Below, piece by piece: positions 63,856-64,000 of a stretch of DNA of 64,000 bases. Numbering within the stretch: the first letter of the stretch is position 1; every line of letters starts with the position of its first letter. A program made the translations under genes and the position numbers. The notes under the pieces are model-generated. The model made no database searches and was not told where the DNA came from. It worked only from the letters and a program-made list of their open reading frames with translations. This DNA comes from Myxococcota bacterium. Lineage in GTDB: Bacteria; Myxococcota_A; UBA796; SXON01. The stretch spans positions 76,314-140,313 of the forward strand of contig JAZKFH010000027.1 in the NCBI GenBank assembly GCA_040386535.1, in the 5' to 3' direction.

Positions 63856-64000
63856 TCACAGGGTCAGCGGGTTCTCGTTGGCTCGTACGGTGGCGTCCTG
63901 GAAGAAGTCGCCCGTGGTGGTGGAGCAGCCGACGGTCGACCCGTGGTAGGGCCACACCTCCAGGAAGCTGCGCCAGTGGGGCTCGACGTCGGACCACGGC
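63856..64000 (-). CDS. C-terminal end of a gene entering from the right edge
   Basis: Open frame ...PWSDVEPHWRSFLEVWPYHGSTVGCSTTTGDFFQDATVRANENPLTL* with GC3-rich codons. Confidence 0.45.
   Translation of the reverse strand, partial: PWSDVEPHWRSFLEVWPYHGSTVGCSTTTGDFFQDATVRANENPLTL

Overview
Gene-dense, very GC-rich bacterial chromosome segment. It is most likely from a Myxococcota / deltaproteobacterial lineage, judged by a MYXO-CTERM-like tail, D-C-D-D metal-binding repeats, a pilC-pilS-pilR-pilA block and Asp-Thr-Gly linkers. About 58 real genes are present; most other ORFs in the track are GC-rich shadow frames. Housekeeping genes include kynA, kdsA, ftsH, a UbiD-family decarboxylase, clpB, a stand-alone rpsD, a TetR-etfB-etfA operon, tal, folK and a SWIM/SNF2 helicase. 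No rRNA, tRNA or CRISPR array was seen. The features most worth follow-up are: (1) three tandem major pilin genes, each with its own sigma-54 promoter, a conserved GTGAC-N7-GTCAC enhancer and a conserved 5'UTR; (2) a biliverdin-reductase-A-like gene translationally coupled to an orphan ABC ATPase and divergent from a TMEM260/DUF2723-type glycosyltransferase and TolC; (3) a tandemly duplicated, translationally coupled two-gene cassette of unknown function (TGKLSD membrane domain plus Ig-like domain, partnered with a beta-barrel-like protein); (4) a catalytically dead DinB/ImuB-like clamp-binding protein downstream of an Fe-S PD-(D/E)XK nuclease, with a perfect palindrome between them; (5) an IS5-family element with an IS630-like HTH extension, inserted exactly at a stop codon; (6) an AT-rich intergenic region with DnaA-box-like motifs (possible replication origin); (7) a recurrent leaderless-promoter signature. 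All calls come from manual motif reading; no database searches were run.
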